A stretch of 64,000 nt of DNA from NCBI RefSeq assembly GCF_018350175.1, contig NC_058376.1:72912001-72976000 (forward strand), written 5' to 3'. Positions 12,110 through 25,179 of the stretch are shown here, piece by piece. Within the stretch, counting starts at the first letter, position 1. Each line of letters opens with the position of its first letter. The notes beneath the pieces are model-generated. The model saw nothing but the letters and a program-made list of their open reading frames with translations, was not told the origin of the DNA and did not search any database. This DNA is from Felis catus. Its lineage: Eukaryota. The position numbers and the translations under genes were made by a program.

Positions 12110-13329
12110 CCCTTAGAAGATCCAGGAACCCTCTCTTGCAGCCATTCTCTGGCCCCCTCTGTGGGTCCCTGGGGCCAGGGAAAGGTCATATCAGCTGCAA
12201 GAAACCTTAGGAGTTTCGGGACTGCTAATTTCTGCCCCCCCTAAACTACTTTGCAACAGGAGAAGGGGGATTTCTTATTTTCTTCTAGGATTACTTCTAA
12301 GATGGGGTAAAAATATATGCATTGTCCCACTATTTATGCTCTATATCCGAGAAACCATTAAACTTGCAAAGGAGCTTACGGTTTTACAGAGTCTGGCTTG
12401 CTTTCCCTCTTCACTCTCAGGATGAGTCCTGGATGCACAGGACACAAGGTGGACCAGAGTTATCTGTTTCAGAGTTGGGGGCCGCAGGCCCGGGGAGTTC
12501 AGTGACTCACTGACAGCCCCAGGAAGAATCCTGGGGGAGCCAGGACGAGCCCTGGGTCTTAGGCTCCTGGCGCAGTGCTCCTCCCTCCTGTGCAGCCTGC
12601 CTCCTTCTCAGGCCACTGGGCTCCAAGTTAATTAGGCAGCAGAGAAGTCTTTGGAGGAAGCTGAAAGAGAGAGCAAGTGCCCTGGAGGGATTGGTGTGGG
12701 GGCGCAAACCAGAATGGCGTGTTTTAATTGATCTTTGATTGTGCCAACAACTGCCGGCTCCCAGGGCAAGCAGCTGCTATTTCTGAGTCAGCACCCTTCC
12801 GTGAGGCTTGGCCTGCCCAGAGTGCAGGCATTTTGGGCTTTTCTCCCCACCAACCTCCCCCCCCCCCCCGCCCCCACAAGCTCTTTGTGCAGGAAGTGGG
12901 TCTGTGCAAAGCAAAAGATTTCTTCTGCTCTCTTAATTAGCCAAGCAGCTTGGAGCCTGGAGTCCCGGGAATTCTGTCCAGGGTCACCTGCAGCTTCTCC
13001 CCACCCCTCCATCCAGTTTATCCTAGAAGTCCCAAGAGACCTAACTCTGCTGATGAAGCTAGACACATCTCTGAAGACGCTGCAGGAAGCTTTTGAAGTA
13101 CAATATACTCTGTGAAGTAGTTTGAAAACTTCTGTGCTACTTAGCAAGTTTCCTAGCAGACGTGGTTATTCAGAGCCTCCAGGGTATGTATGCCCAGCTG
13201 TAACGCTGGAGAAAGAAAATGCTTCCAATAGGAAGAAACCCTCTCCAGTGTCTCTAGAGACCTTGGGATTTGGAACGATCTCTTTTCACCAGACGAGGAG
13301 AAAGACCATGGATTGGGGGTCCTTTTGCC

Positions 13330-14155
13330 ACTGAACACACATGCCTGTATCTCCACAAAGATGTTTAACAAGCATCTCAAAGTCAACAGAGCCCTGGATT
13401 CGCTCCCTGTCACGTCCGCGTGCCTTCCCTAATCTCCATTTCAATAAATGACCTCACCACCCACCCAAAAATAAGTGTTTTGGCTTAAACCAAAAACCTA
13501 GGTTCATCCTCGATTCCTCTCTCTCTCACAACTCCATAGCCAATCCACCAGCAAGATCCTTTGGTTCTACCATTCACAAGATATGTTGAATCTGCTCATT
13601 TTGCTTATCTCCATCACCACCATTCTTTTCCAAGCCACCCATCCATTCAAACACCCCAGTTAAGTCTGTCTACAGCCACCCCAGCTCCATGTCAATCACT
13701 TTTCCCATCCCAAGTCCCTATATGATCTGGGTCCAACCACCTCCCCCTCCATGGGCTTCTCTTCTTTCAAGAAAGAACTAAAATATCTCATGGGGTGCCT
13801 GGGTGGCTCAGTCGGTTGAGCGTCCGACTTCGGCTCAGGTCATGATCTCACGGTTTGTGAGTTCAAGCCCCGCGTCAGGCTCTGTGCTGACCGCTCAGAG
13901 CCTGGAGCCTGCTTCAAATTCTGTGTCTCCCTCTCTCTTCCCCGCTCATGCTTTGTCTCTCAAAAATGAATAAACATTAAAAAAAATTTTTTTAAGAAAG
14001 AACTGAAATATCTCGTGACCCTGTTTAATCCCTTCAGTACCTGAACCTGCCATTTTCATATTTATTCATCCATGTTTATGGTCATGCCTCCTTCATTAGA
14101 ATGTAAGTTCTATGAGAGCAGGCTATCTGTCTTATTCTCCGCCAGATCCCCAGTA
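13330..14155 (+). mobile_element. L2 fragments interrupted by a SINE
   Basis: aaacctaggttcatcctcgattcctctct; ttagaatgtaagttctatgagagcagg L2 3' end. Confidence 0.65.
13792..13993 (+). mobile_element. CanSINE
   Basis: TSD aagaaagaact(a/g)aaatatctc. Confidence 0.92.
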
Positions 14156-14162
14156 TGCCAAT

Positions 14163-14890
14163 GCATCAGTTTCCTAGGGCTGCCATAACAAAGTACCACA
14201 AAGTAAGTGGCTTAAAACAACAGAAATTTGGGGGCGCCTGGGTGGCTCAATCGGTTAAGCGACCAATTCTTGATTTAAGCTCAGGTCATGATCCCAGGGT
14301 TGTGAGATTGAGCCCTGTGTCAGGTTCTCTGCTGGGCGTGCAGCCTGCTTAAGATTCTCTCCCCCCCACTTTCCCCATCAGCTTCTCCNNNNNNNNNNNN
14401 NNNNNNNNNNNNNNNNNNNNNNNNNNNNNNNNNNNNNNNNNNNNNNNNNNNNNNNNNNNNNNNNNNNNNNNNNNNNNNNNNNNNNNNNNNNNNNNNNNNN
14501 NNNNNNNNNNNNNNNNNNNNNNNNNNNNNNNNNNNNNNNNNNNNNNNNNNNNNCTTACAGGGTCATGCCCATCCAAAGCCTCTAGGAGAGGATCCCTCCT
14601 TGCCTCTGCCAGCTTCCAGTGGCCCTGGGCCTTCCTTGGCTATGGCACCAGCACTCCAAGTTCCACCTCCACTGTCACACAGCAAGTACCCTTCTCTCTN
14701 NNNNNNNNNNNNNNNNNNNNNNNNNNNNNNNNNNNNNNNNNNNNNNNNNNNNNNNNNNNNNNNNNNNNNNNNNNNNNNNNNNNNNNNNNNNNNNNNNNNN
14801 NNNNNNNNNNNNNNNNNNNNNNNNNNNNNNNNNNNNNNNNNNTAACAGGGGCTAAGACGTCAGCATAGGGGGAACAATTCAACCCGTAAC
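14163..14890 (-). mobile_element. MLT1 LTR interrupted by a SINE and two gaps
   Basis: tttcctagggctgccataacaaagtaccacaaa...caattcaacccgtaaca. Confidence 0.75.
14230..14388 (+). mobile_element. Older CanSINE inside an MLT1 LTR, cut by an assembly gap
   Basis: CanSINE head; cagcctgcttaagattctct body. Confidence 0.85.
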
Positions 14891-15534
14891 AGCCTGGCGC
14901 AGTAGATGCTCAAAAACCATTTTGCAAATGAATCAATATTTTCAGCTGGACTCAGGAGAGTACAGTGATATGCTTTCCAGAGCAGCAAATGCAAAAGCCG
15001 GGGCCTACACCTGCAAGTGAGAGGGAGTCTGTGCCTATATAATGCCAAATGACTCACTAGAAAAACATTCACATAAACCAGTTATTTGGTATTACACCAT
15101 TTTTGAAAATCTTAGAAACTGAGTTTAAATTCTTTCTCACTGATTTCAACAAGCTAGCCACCAAGGCAGCCTGCAGTTTATAATGCCTCTACATATAACT
15201 TGTCTTCAGCCCCTCACAGAGGAGGGGCATGCGTAATAGCTGAACGGGCAGAAGCTCTGAGGGAGGACACGGCATGCCCGGAAAAGGCAGGGCCACGGCC
15301 AGTCAGACTCCTTGGCCAGTGTCCCTGAAGGCAGCCAGTGTGTTCAGGCCCTGATCAAGGTTGGTCAGATAGTGTTTGTTCATGTGAAGCTGTGTGATAA
15401 GGGCTCGAGAATGAGGAAGAAGCCAAGATGTGAGGAACCTTGTTTAGCTTTAACAGAATCTAACTAGCCAGGACTTGGGTATTCAGAAATAAGACTGATT
15501 CTGCCCATCAATTCTATTTAAAAAAAAAAGTTTC

Positions 15535-15758
15535 GGGGCGCCTGGGTGGTGCAGTCGGTTAAGCGTCCGACTTCAGCCAGGTCACGATCTCGCGGTCCGG
15601 GAGTTCGAGCCCCGCGTCGGGCTCTGGGCTGATGGCTCAGAGCCTGGAGCCTGTTTCCGATTCTGTGTCTCCCTCTCTCTCTGCCCCTCCCCCATTCATG
15701 CCCTGTCTCTCTCTGTCCCAAAAATAAATAAACGTTGAAAAAAAAATTAAAAAAAAAA
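15535..15758 (+). mobile_element. Young felid CanSINE
   Basis: CpG-rich consensus; TSD aaaaaaaaagtttc. Confidence 0.93.
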
Positions 15759-17511
15759 GTTTCTATTTTGGAGTAATATCTTTTGAGATCACAGCTTCGT
15801 GGTATTTTAGAGCTGGAAGACACTGTTAGGTTGTGGAAAGAGGCCCTCGTCCTCAAGAAGGATGATACCTCAGAAGTGGGATTAAGTCCCAAATGGCTCT
15901 AAGACAAAGCAGAACATCCTAAGATTGTCACCAATGGTTCTAGAGGGAGTCAGAAGGAAGACTGAATCTCTCTTGCTGTGATCCTTGAGGAAACTTCATA
16001 GGGGAGGGGAGGTCCCTTTGACCTTTGTCTGGAGGGGAAAAAATGCAAGTTAAACAGTGGAAATGCATTCTGAAAAGAAGGTACAGCTGGAGGAAAAGGA
16101 GGCTAGAAAGGACTGGATATGTTAGTAATATGGGGAACACTGGGGGACATGATCAAAAAGTGAGTTGAGATGATCAGCTCATTCCTCATGGGGAAGCTTC
16201 AGTGGGAATACCACTGGCTTGGGGTTCCAGCCCTAGCCAGCAATGAATCCCCAAGGGGCCTCTCCCTGGGCCTGCTTTCTCATCTATATAAATTAAGAGG
16301 GTTTCCAAAGATATTAGTGAGGCCTCAAGCTCTATAAAGATGTTGTATTGATAGGCTGCCACATTGAGCTGCAAGGTAAGAATTTAAGAATGGGTTTTGT
16401 GCTTTAAAACTGTTTCAAAGTCACTGGTCTCAATAATCAGTTCCCTCCAACTGTAGAATTCTATTTCTTTCGGCTGTTTGTTAATCAAATGAAGCATGAC
16501 TCATTTAGGATTTACCAGGTCCCTCTGAATTGTCTATGGCTGTATTAAGTCATTTGACCTGTTTCCAGTGGAAAATCCATTTTTATTTATATCCTTAGGA
16601 GAAAGAGCCTGGTGCAGCTGAAAGAGTCCTGAGAAGCAAGTCAGCAGATCTGGCCCCATGCTGTAATAACAAATATCATTCATAAACAAGTATAAATAAA
16701 ACAATGAATATTTGTTGAATAAATGCTCACTAGTGACACCATCCTGAGCAAGTGTCCTTGCTCCTCTGACCTTTGCTTTCACCATCTCTAAAATCAAGAC
16801 AATAACCTGCCTGGTCTGCCTCAGGCACTTTTGTGAGGCTCAAATGAGAGAACACACTTAAAAGCTCTTTATAAACTGTAAAGTACTCCGTGCATGTAGC
16901 ATATAATGTATGGGGTGGGGACAGAGCTCAGGACTTGAGAGAGCAGTTCTCCTGGGTGACTGTGGAGGGGTGGTTTGTCTCTAAGACCTCAGGAAGTGAG
17001 TGATTTTTCTCTGACAAGCATTTCTNNNNNNNNNNNNNNNNNNNNNNNNNNNNNNNNNNNNNNNNNNNNNNNNNNNNNNNNNNNNNNNNNNNNNNNNNNN
17101 NNNNNNNNNNNNNNNNNNNNNNNNNNNNNNNNNNNNNNNNNNNNNNNNNNNNNNNNNNNNNNNNNNNNNNNNNNNNNNNNNNNNNNNNNNNNNNNNNNNN
17201 NNNNNNNNNNNNNNNNNNNNNNNNNNNNNNNNNNNNNNNNNNNNNNNNNNNNNNNNNNNNNNNNNNNNNNNNNAAGAAATGCATGTGCTGCCCAGTTTAG
17301 ATGCTTCACTTCACTCCAGGTCCCTTGGCCACGAGGTAACGGAAACTAAGACTTGTCCTAAAATCTGGTGGAGGCCTACCACAAGGAGGCATGGCCAAGA
17401 CAAGCCCACAGGGAAGACAGAAGCAAAAGATCTTTTCTGGCTTCGGAAGATATTTATTAGTTCTCTGCATTACTTTTGAGCTCAAGATGGGGCTTTTAAA
17501 ATTACTGTTGA

Positions 17512-17732
17512 GGGGCACCTGGGTGGCTCAGTCAGTTAAGTGTCCGAGTTCAGCTCAGGTCATGATCTTGTGGTTCATGAGTTCGAGCCCTGCAAGGGGC
17601 TCTGTGCTGACAGCTCAGAGCCTGGAGCCTGCTTCAGATTCTGTCTCTGTCTCTGTCTCTCTCTCTCTGCCCCTCCCCCACTCATGCACACTCTCTCTCT
17701 CTCTCTCTCTCAAAAATAAGCATTAAAAATAA
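17512..17732 (+). mobile_element. CanSINE
   Basis: TSD taaaatta(c/t)tgttga. Confidence 0.92.
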
Positions 17733-20700
17733 TAAAATTATTGTTGAGTTAATTAAAGCCATATTACTAGGCCAACGAATGAATGGGCACAATTTCTCCT
17801 GCAGTTTAAGGAAGCACTGATTCTTCCATTGAACCTATTCATTGACAATTCATCTATTTACCAAAACTTAACCAAAATGCCATCTATCTTTCTTTAGCCA
17901 AAACCACCATCCCCAAGTTTCTTTGACCCTGCGTTGTTGGAGCTATTTCTCAGATATTTCTCAGATATGCTGGCCTTCTCGATCAAGGGATGGAGACATC
18001 GGGAGATCACAATCCTAGCTGGGCTGTCAAACTAGAATGCCACAAAGAAAGCCATTGTCTAAATGCATTCGATGGCTCCCCATCTTGTGGAACCCACATT
18101 CCTTAGCCTGGCTGAAGATCTCTCCAGTCTGGTGGACATCCTAGCGGATGTCAGTTCTACTAGCAGAAGCCCATGCTGGGGAGAGGAGACAGACCTCAAT
18201 TCTTATCTGCCTCTGCTCCTCATAGCAAATGAGTGTGTCCCTTTTGCTCTCTGTGCCTCAGTTTCCCTACTCATCTGATAAGGAGGTTGAACTAGTCCAG
18301 CTGTGAAGCTCCACTCATTTTCTGGGGACTAACCCTGGGATAAGAGGAAAGCTGAGAGGACACAGCAGCTCTGCTTTGAGCAGGTTGGTACATTCTTGGT
18401 AACATTTCTTTTGGTGAAGGATTCTACTGCTTAAAAAAATGCTTGGAAAACACCAGCCTCCATGTGATCTCGAAGCTGCCCCAACAACTTTCCTGCCCAC
18501 CTGCCCTCCCGGCTTCAGTGATTTTACCCAAGACCCCCATCCCAACGTGCAATGCTTGGGCTCACTGGACAGTGCAGAAGGTGACACCACTAACATGGTC
18601 CTGAGGTTGAGGGTGGCTTAGGAGAGAGTCACTCCCAACTCTGGGCCCTCTCCACCCCCAAAGTGGGGGCAGTGCAAAGACAGAGACGAGGTAGATTCCA
18701 GGGCAGGCAGAAAGTGGAGCAAGACTGAGACCACACAGACAACCCAGACTGGCTCAGCTCCCTCTCTTGGTATCTTCCCACTCCCTACGCCCACTCCCCT
18801 TCCCCAGCCTTAGGTGAGGCTGCTGCTGCCCTATTAACAGAATCTGCCGCTGTACTACATTTCCTCAGGGACTTGCTCCGTTGCTCCGGCTCCCTCTCTT
18901 CCTCTCCATTCTGAGCCTACCTCTTCCTCCTCTGAAGAGACCAACCCTGCCTCTCATTCGTCTCTGCCCGAGAGTGGGTGAGCTTGAGCAAGGTCCCTTC
19001 TGCTCTTGGGACCTCAGAAACTGAGATCCTGCCTCATTAGATTTTTCCAGAATTCTGGAATTCCAGAATATCTTTGCATAGATGCCTTGCTAGGCTCATC
19101 CTGCCTGTGTCCTGGGGGCGCCCCGGGCACCTCACTCTTGGCTCTCAGGCTCCGGCCCCGAGTCCTGCACTGCCACAGACATTAGCCTAAGTTGATGCCC
19201 CCGGCATAGTCCTAGCAAGGGAGTTGGCAGGAAGCAGGCTTGGTCTTCTGATGTCGTTCACATCACAGACCAGGGGACTCTGCCTGGGCCCTGCTGTGGA
19301 AGAGTGGATGCCGTGGGGTCTGGTATCAGAGACACTATGTGGGCAATTGAGAGCCAGCCTGACCTGCTGAGGGCACCAATTTGAGTGGGCAGTGCTGAGA
19401 GGGGGACGGGCAGCTCTCCCAGTGGCTAGCATGCCTCAAGGGAGACGCCTATAGGGAGGCTGAGCTCTGCCCCTTCTACCTGTGTGACCTCGAACAAGTC
19501 CTCTTTCCTTCCTCCCTTCTTCCCTCCCTTTCTCGTTTTCACAAACATTTACTGAGCATTCTCTAACGACCAAGCCCTCTGCTAGGCTTTGAGGCTTCAA
19601 AAACATAGTCTTGACCCTAGAGAACCTCAAAATCTGTGGAAACAGAAATGTAAACCAATTAACTAATATTTTCCTCCTGGAGGCTCAGTTTCCTTATCTG
19701 TAAATGAAGGAGTTCTGGCCCCAATACCCAGTGATCCTCTCAGTTCAAACACTGCTCTGTGAGGCTCTCATCACATGAGAACATCTGCTCCTACCAGTTT
19801 GGTGAAGTTGCAGGCCAGTCAGCAGGTAATCCACAGGGAAGAGTTAGTGATAACTGATAACTTGAATTGCACTGAGGGCAGAATCTACACTGTGGCTCGT
19901 TGTGGCCGACAGACTGCTGTGGCCTGGTTCTTGCTCTCCCAACTTGTATTCTCTCAGCTACTTCAGCCAGGAAAACCACCCGGAAACTGTCAGAGATTAT
20001 TTCCAGCGTGTCCAGGGGATCCGAGAGGGAGCAGATGAAAGACAGCCTAGACTGCTGGTGTCTGAGCCACAGTACCAAACTCAAGCTCTTTCTGATTGTT
20101 GGTCCAGATCACCTGCAGGCCCACCAGGTCCATCCACCTCCTTCCCTTCCTTGGCTCAGAATACAAAATACATGTGTGGGTAAGAAGCTGTGAGATGGAA
20201 ATTGTCCCACAGATGTGCAGGACCCCGCATTAGGTGGCCTAGGGTAGTGCCTCACTAATGTCTTTCCAGTGGGTGGCAAATCTCAGATGTTAGTTGGAGA
20301 GATCCTTCCTTTCACATCCACATCTTTCTCTCTCACACACATGCCCTATGCACCAACCATCCTTCCTCTTCTCTGTTTCTCAAGCTGAAGCCCAGCAAAG
20401 AGAAAAGAAGATACCCAGGTTAGTGGACACACCCCAGATGTCCTCCCAATCCAATAGAGGGCCTTCAGTGGGGTAAGAATCAGTGCAATAACCATCTCCT
20501 CTGGGAAACCAGCATCTTCTTGCCAATTCTGTATTTATGCATCAGTCTTGGTCACTTGTCTTTTCTCTTTTTCCTACACTTGTCTCTTCTTGATACCTTC
20601 TAGAATTTTGGTTTCAAGGTCCTTGCCTTATATTTGCAACATCTGCAGAGAAAGTGCCAGATATTGCACTAGCCAGTCCCAGCTCCCATGAGCCAATTCC

Positions 20701-22459
20701 CTGGCCAAGGAGGGCACACCTTTCAGGTGCACAGAAACACAGGGGCTGACAGAGCACTTTTCCTTACACTGTTCAACTGGAGTGTCAGGCCAGAGACAGA
20801 GACGTGACGAGGCAAACTTAAGAGGTTGTTGTGGAGCCACTGAAAGTCTCGTGATGAAAAATGGATCTAGAGACTTCCATCTCTAAATATGCGGTGTGGC
20901 TGCCGCCCGTTCTGTCCAAGGGGGAGCCATTCTAGCTTCTTCCCTGGGAGCCTCCAGAGATGAGAAGGCACATGGAAGCCCGTGGGAAAGACTTGTGTAC
21001 CCTGCACACCAGCTGAATATCAGCCCTGGACACAAGGAGTCAAGGAAGCCTCCACCTGGCACTTCCAGGGTGTCACTATGGCCTCTGGCAGGCTGATGTC
21101 AACGCATCCAGCTTGAACAACAGAATATCTCAGGATTGTATTTGTCTGGCCTTACTTTTAGCTTTGGAAGTAACTCTCATCCTCAACCACACTATGGTTT
21201 TGCAGGACAGCTTCTGATTAGGCGTAGGATCGTATCTTACAGTTTCATCCTGAAACTACTGGATGAACACCGAGGCTGATAACGAAGGTTGTGCTGACAC
21301 ACACTGAGAAGCTGCGTGGGTCACCACTGCTGTGAGCATGACTCACAGAGGAGGCCCAAGCCTGCCCAGGAGGCAGGAAGGGTAGCATTTAGGGACTGAT
21401 GGGCCCTGGGCCCTGGCAGACAGAAGCAGATGGACTGAGGTCCACAGGGACATTGTGCCATTCTGGGGGGGGGGGGAACCTGGACAGTGCCAAAGGCAGA
21501 CAAAACTGCCTGAGGAGTGCTGTTTCCTCACCCGGTGGGCTTGCGAACTCTTTGCTTCTGCCATTTTCTTAAGAGAACCCTCTTCTGAATTGTCTGTGGT
21601 TTTAGTGAGGCTCTAGCCAAGCTTTCTTTTAAAAATAGGACGCATTACACAGTTATTGAATTATCAGGCTTTTGTCAACATCAACATCATCATTGTCAAA
21701 ATCTGAGCCAGGTGTTCGGCTGAGCAAATCCTCACACAATGTGATTTCCATGAATAAACACTCTTCCCTCTCATCTTTGGGAATTTAGCTAAGAAGCCAA
21801 AAAAAAAAAAAAAACCACCAAAACTGGTGTGGATGAAAATGTAAAAAGACACGCAGACGTACACCATGTGCACAAGATCTGAGAACAGAACATCGTGAAG
21901 GAATAAAAGGTGAGGCTGCCCGACCCTCAGTCATACCAGAATCTACCTGACGGCATGTCGACGGCTGTCAGTTTGGGCTGGTGGACAGAGAAGAGTAGAG
22001 ATGAAGGGTCATTTCAAACTTCTGAGTCAAAATGGCTCGGAGCCCCTGAGGACAGAGTTCACATCTTGTTTATGGATGAGTCCTCACTATCCAACATGGG
22101 GCCCAGCACTTTGGCTGTACTTTGATTATAAGAGCTATTATTTTATTGTGGTTATCATCTCTGTTATGAATGTCCTTGCATCACCTACTAACTATCCCAC
22201 CAGATGCAGCTGTCATAATGAGGGTTGATGCTCACAGACATCTTCAACTTGTTTAATTTTGTGGGAAGTATGCCATAGCACTGTTCTGGAAGCTCTTTTC
22301 CCCAGAATTCCATAAGGTGGATCCACTATTTATGAACCCACTTATTAAGAGATAACAATTGCCAGTGCAATTAAATAGATGCCATGGGAAAATAAAATTT
22401 AGTGTTCTGGTCAAGTAATTAAATATGTGTGCAGGGCAGAATGGGTTTTATGTCCCTCT

Positions 22460-22665
22460 AACCCTTAGTCCATTCAAGCTGCTATAACAAAATAAATACC
22501 ACAGACCGGATGGCTTATAAGCTGTAGAAATTTATTACTCACATTCCAGAGGCTCAAAATCCAAGAGCAGGGTGCTAACATGGTCTGGTGATCCATACAT
22601 GGTAGATGGGGTGAGGGATCTCTCCTATGAGAGTGCTACTCCCATTCATGAAGACTCCACTGTCC
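22460..22665 (-). mobile_element. MLT1A-like LTR fragment
   Basis: ttagtccattcaagctgctataacaaaa...gaaatttattactcac. Confidence 0.7.
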
Positions 22666-23824
22666 ACAGAACAGCACCCATGGGACTCAGCCTTCTCTAC
22701 ACGGAGCTAAAGGCACCCTGAAACCTCTCATGGAGATTTACCCTGTTGGCCCATGTGGAAAGAGGGGAAGAGGCCCAGGTCTGAGGGAATGCCTAATGAG
22801 TCATCATGCAGAAGGAAAAGGCAGAATTCAAACACCTGCCTCTGCTGGAAAGGTCCAAAGAAAAGGTGTTTCCAGACCTGTGAGTTAGGTGGCCAAGCAA
22901 GCAAGAGGAGGGCCCATGCCAACGAAGAGAAAATTCCTGGAAGTTCTGCTTCCAGATCCCTGGGGCGGACTCCCTGGGCTGGGGTTGCCGTCCCCTTAGC
23001 ATAGCAGCCAGACCTGCCACCCTCTGTGGAGGCAAGATGAGAAGGAGGGATAAGAATGGAGACACAACATGAAAATAGGTTTGGTCGGGGGTGGGGAGCT
23101 GTTCTAGCCTAAGAAGAGTTAACACAGGTGAAAAGACACATATACCCTGGAGGACAGCCCAACAAATTCCAAGAGGAGGGATGGGGGTGGGGCAAGCTTA
23201 GGACAACAGGCCTTCTGCAAATGTGAAAAGGAGCGGGGATAGGGCCTCTAGGTGACCTCTACTTAGCTAGTGAATTGCACTCTACAAAGTGTGGTCACAA
23301 GCAACATGTCCCAGAAGGACGACAGGCTGGCAAGCAGTATCAGCGTCACATCCCACCTGTTCCGCGTATCAGAAAACCAAGCTAGGCGCCAGCTGTTGCA
23401 TACAGCACTGCTCCTCCACAAAAGGCCAGAAGACCACTGGCCGCACACAAGGTGACTGAGGGCCACGGGGGGAGCATACTCACCTCAACGGGCACGCATT
23501 TGCTGTAATGTGCCTTTAAAAATAAAACTGAAACCGCCAAACCTGTGGTTTCAAGGATACTGTTGCTTAGGAGGATGCTATGTTTCAAAAGTGAGGTTAT
23601 TTAAAGTTCATTTAAATGAAGTAGCAAATAAATAATATTACATAGGGTACTCGGTTTTGATTTTTTTTTTTTTTAAAGCGAAGGTGGGAAACCAAGCCCC
23701 GATGATGAGGATGATGGTGACCAGGACAGCCACCCATTTTATAACACTCACTTTGTGCCAAAAGCCTATAGATACAGTAAGTCACTTATTCTCATGAAGG
23801 CTCCATGGGGTTGGCAGTTATGGT

Positions 23825-23836
23825 TTATTTATTTAT

Positions 23837-23871
<35 letters not shown>

Positions 23872-24045
23872 ACGGGCGCATGCGCACGCAAAAGGGGATG
23901 GGGCAGGGGTGGTGGGACAGAGGATCTGAAGCAGGCTCTGGGCTGACAGCAGAGAACCCGATGTGGGGCTCAAACTGAGGAACCATGAGATCGTGACCTG
24001 AGCCAAAGTCAGTCGCTTAACCAACTGAGCCGCCCAGGTGCTCCC
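23825..24045 (-). mobile_element. CanSINE with expanded (GA)n
   Basis: Reverse-complement consensus match. Confidence 0.88.
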
Positions 24046-25057
24046 AGTTTTCACGGTTTTACACAGGGGCCTGGGAGAGACCCTAAAAGGCACAGGGTAT
24101 AGGACTGCCTCCAGGTGCTCAGACCACAGGGGCGCTGGTCAGCACAAAGCGCCTGGCTGGGGCCCGGGACAGGGGGTTTGGGACAGCTTGCTGGGGTGGG
24201 GAGGGCCTCCATGTGTCCTCCCAGCTTCTGATGCAGAACTATATGAGATTGAATTTCACAGCAGCCTTACATCCTGATGCAAATGAGCACAAGCCAGTGA
24301 CAATCCACAGCGAGGTGATTTCATTGCCAGCTCCAGAGCTGCCTGTTTTTTGCATCGGGCAGTGATTATGTTGCACAGTTGATGTGAGGGCCTCAGGCAA
24401 AATCCCTGCTAACTCAATTGCAGGTTGGCCTTCCTGCCTGCCTGTTAAACTCTTCCAGATGATTCTGGCTGGATTTGCAAGGCTTTACCAGACAGGTTGT
24501 CTCTGCGTTAGAGGAGGGGAGGGACATCTGCAAAATGCCTGGAGAGAGGAAAAGAGAGCTCTGAGTTCAAAGGCTTGCAGAGGCAGCGGGGATGGGGAGA
24601 GAAAAGCAGCCGCTAACGCGCTAACGGGTCCTAGGAATCCCTCAGCTGAGAGCACAACAGTTGTGCTTTTCACACGGTGGTTAAAAGTCTTCCAGTACAT
24701 CCTCTAGTCAGCAGTTTAAGAGCAAGAGCTTTAAAATCTCAGATTCATCTCTCATTAGCCAGATGGCCTCGACTCTGGCCATTTAACCTTGATGGGCCTC
24801 AGTTTCTCCATCTGCAGGGTGGGAATAAAAAAAAAGTGCTTCTCCCAGAGGGTACCGTGAAGATTAAATGAGATCTTAGCACACTATAGGACATGTGTTA
24901 AGTGCTCAATCATAGTAGTTGTTACTATCTTTCTCCAGGATGGGGTGAAGGCTTACCGCCTCTCTGAGCAGACTTAGCTCAGATTTTAAGTCCGGGCTGA
25001 TCTACCACAGCGAAGGAAAATTTTAGAAACTCTTGTTTTCATATAGTTAATGCCCCA

Positions 25058-25088
25058 AGATGATGATGATGGTGATGATGATGATGAT
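25058..25088. repeat. (GAT)n microsatellite
   Basis: Direct observation. Confidence 0.9.
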
Positions 25089-25179
25089 AAAAGAGGCACA
25101 CGGGTAAGCGCACAGATTTAGTGGAACATGTCAGCCAAAGTTAAGAAACCAAAATGGCTAGGAAAGGGACTCAAAGTTG

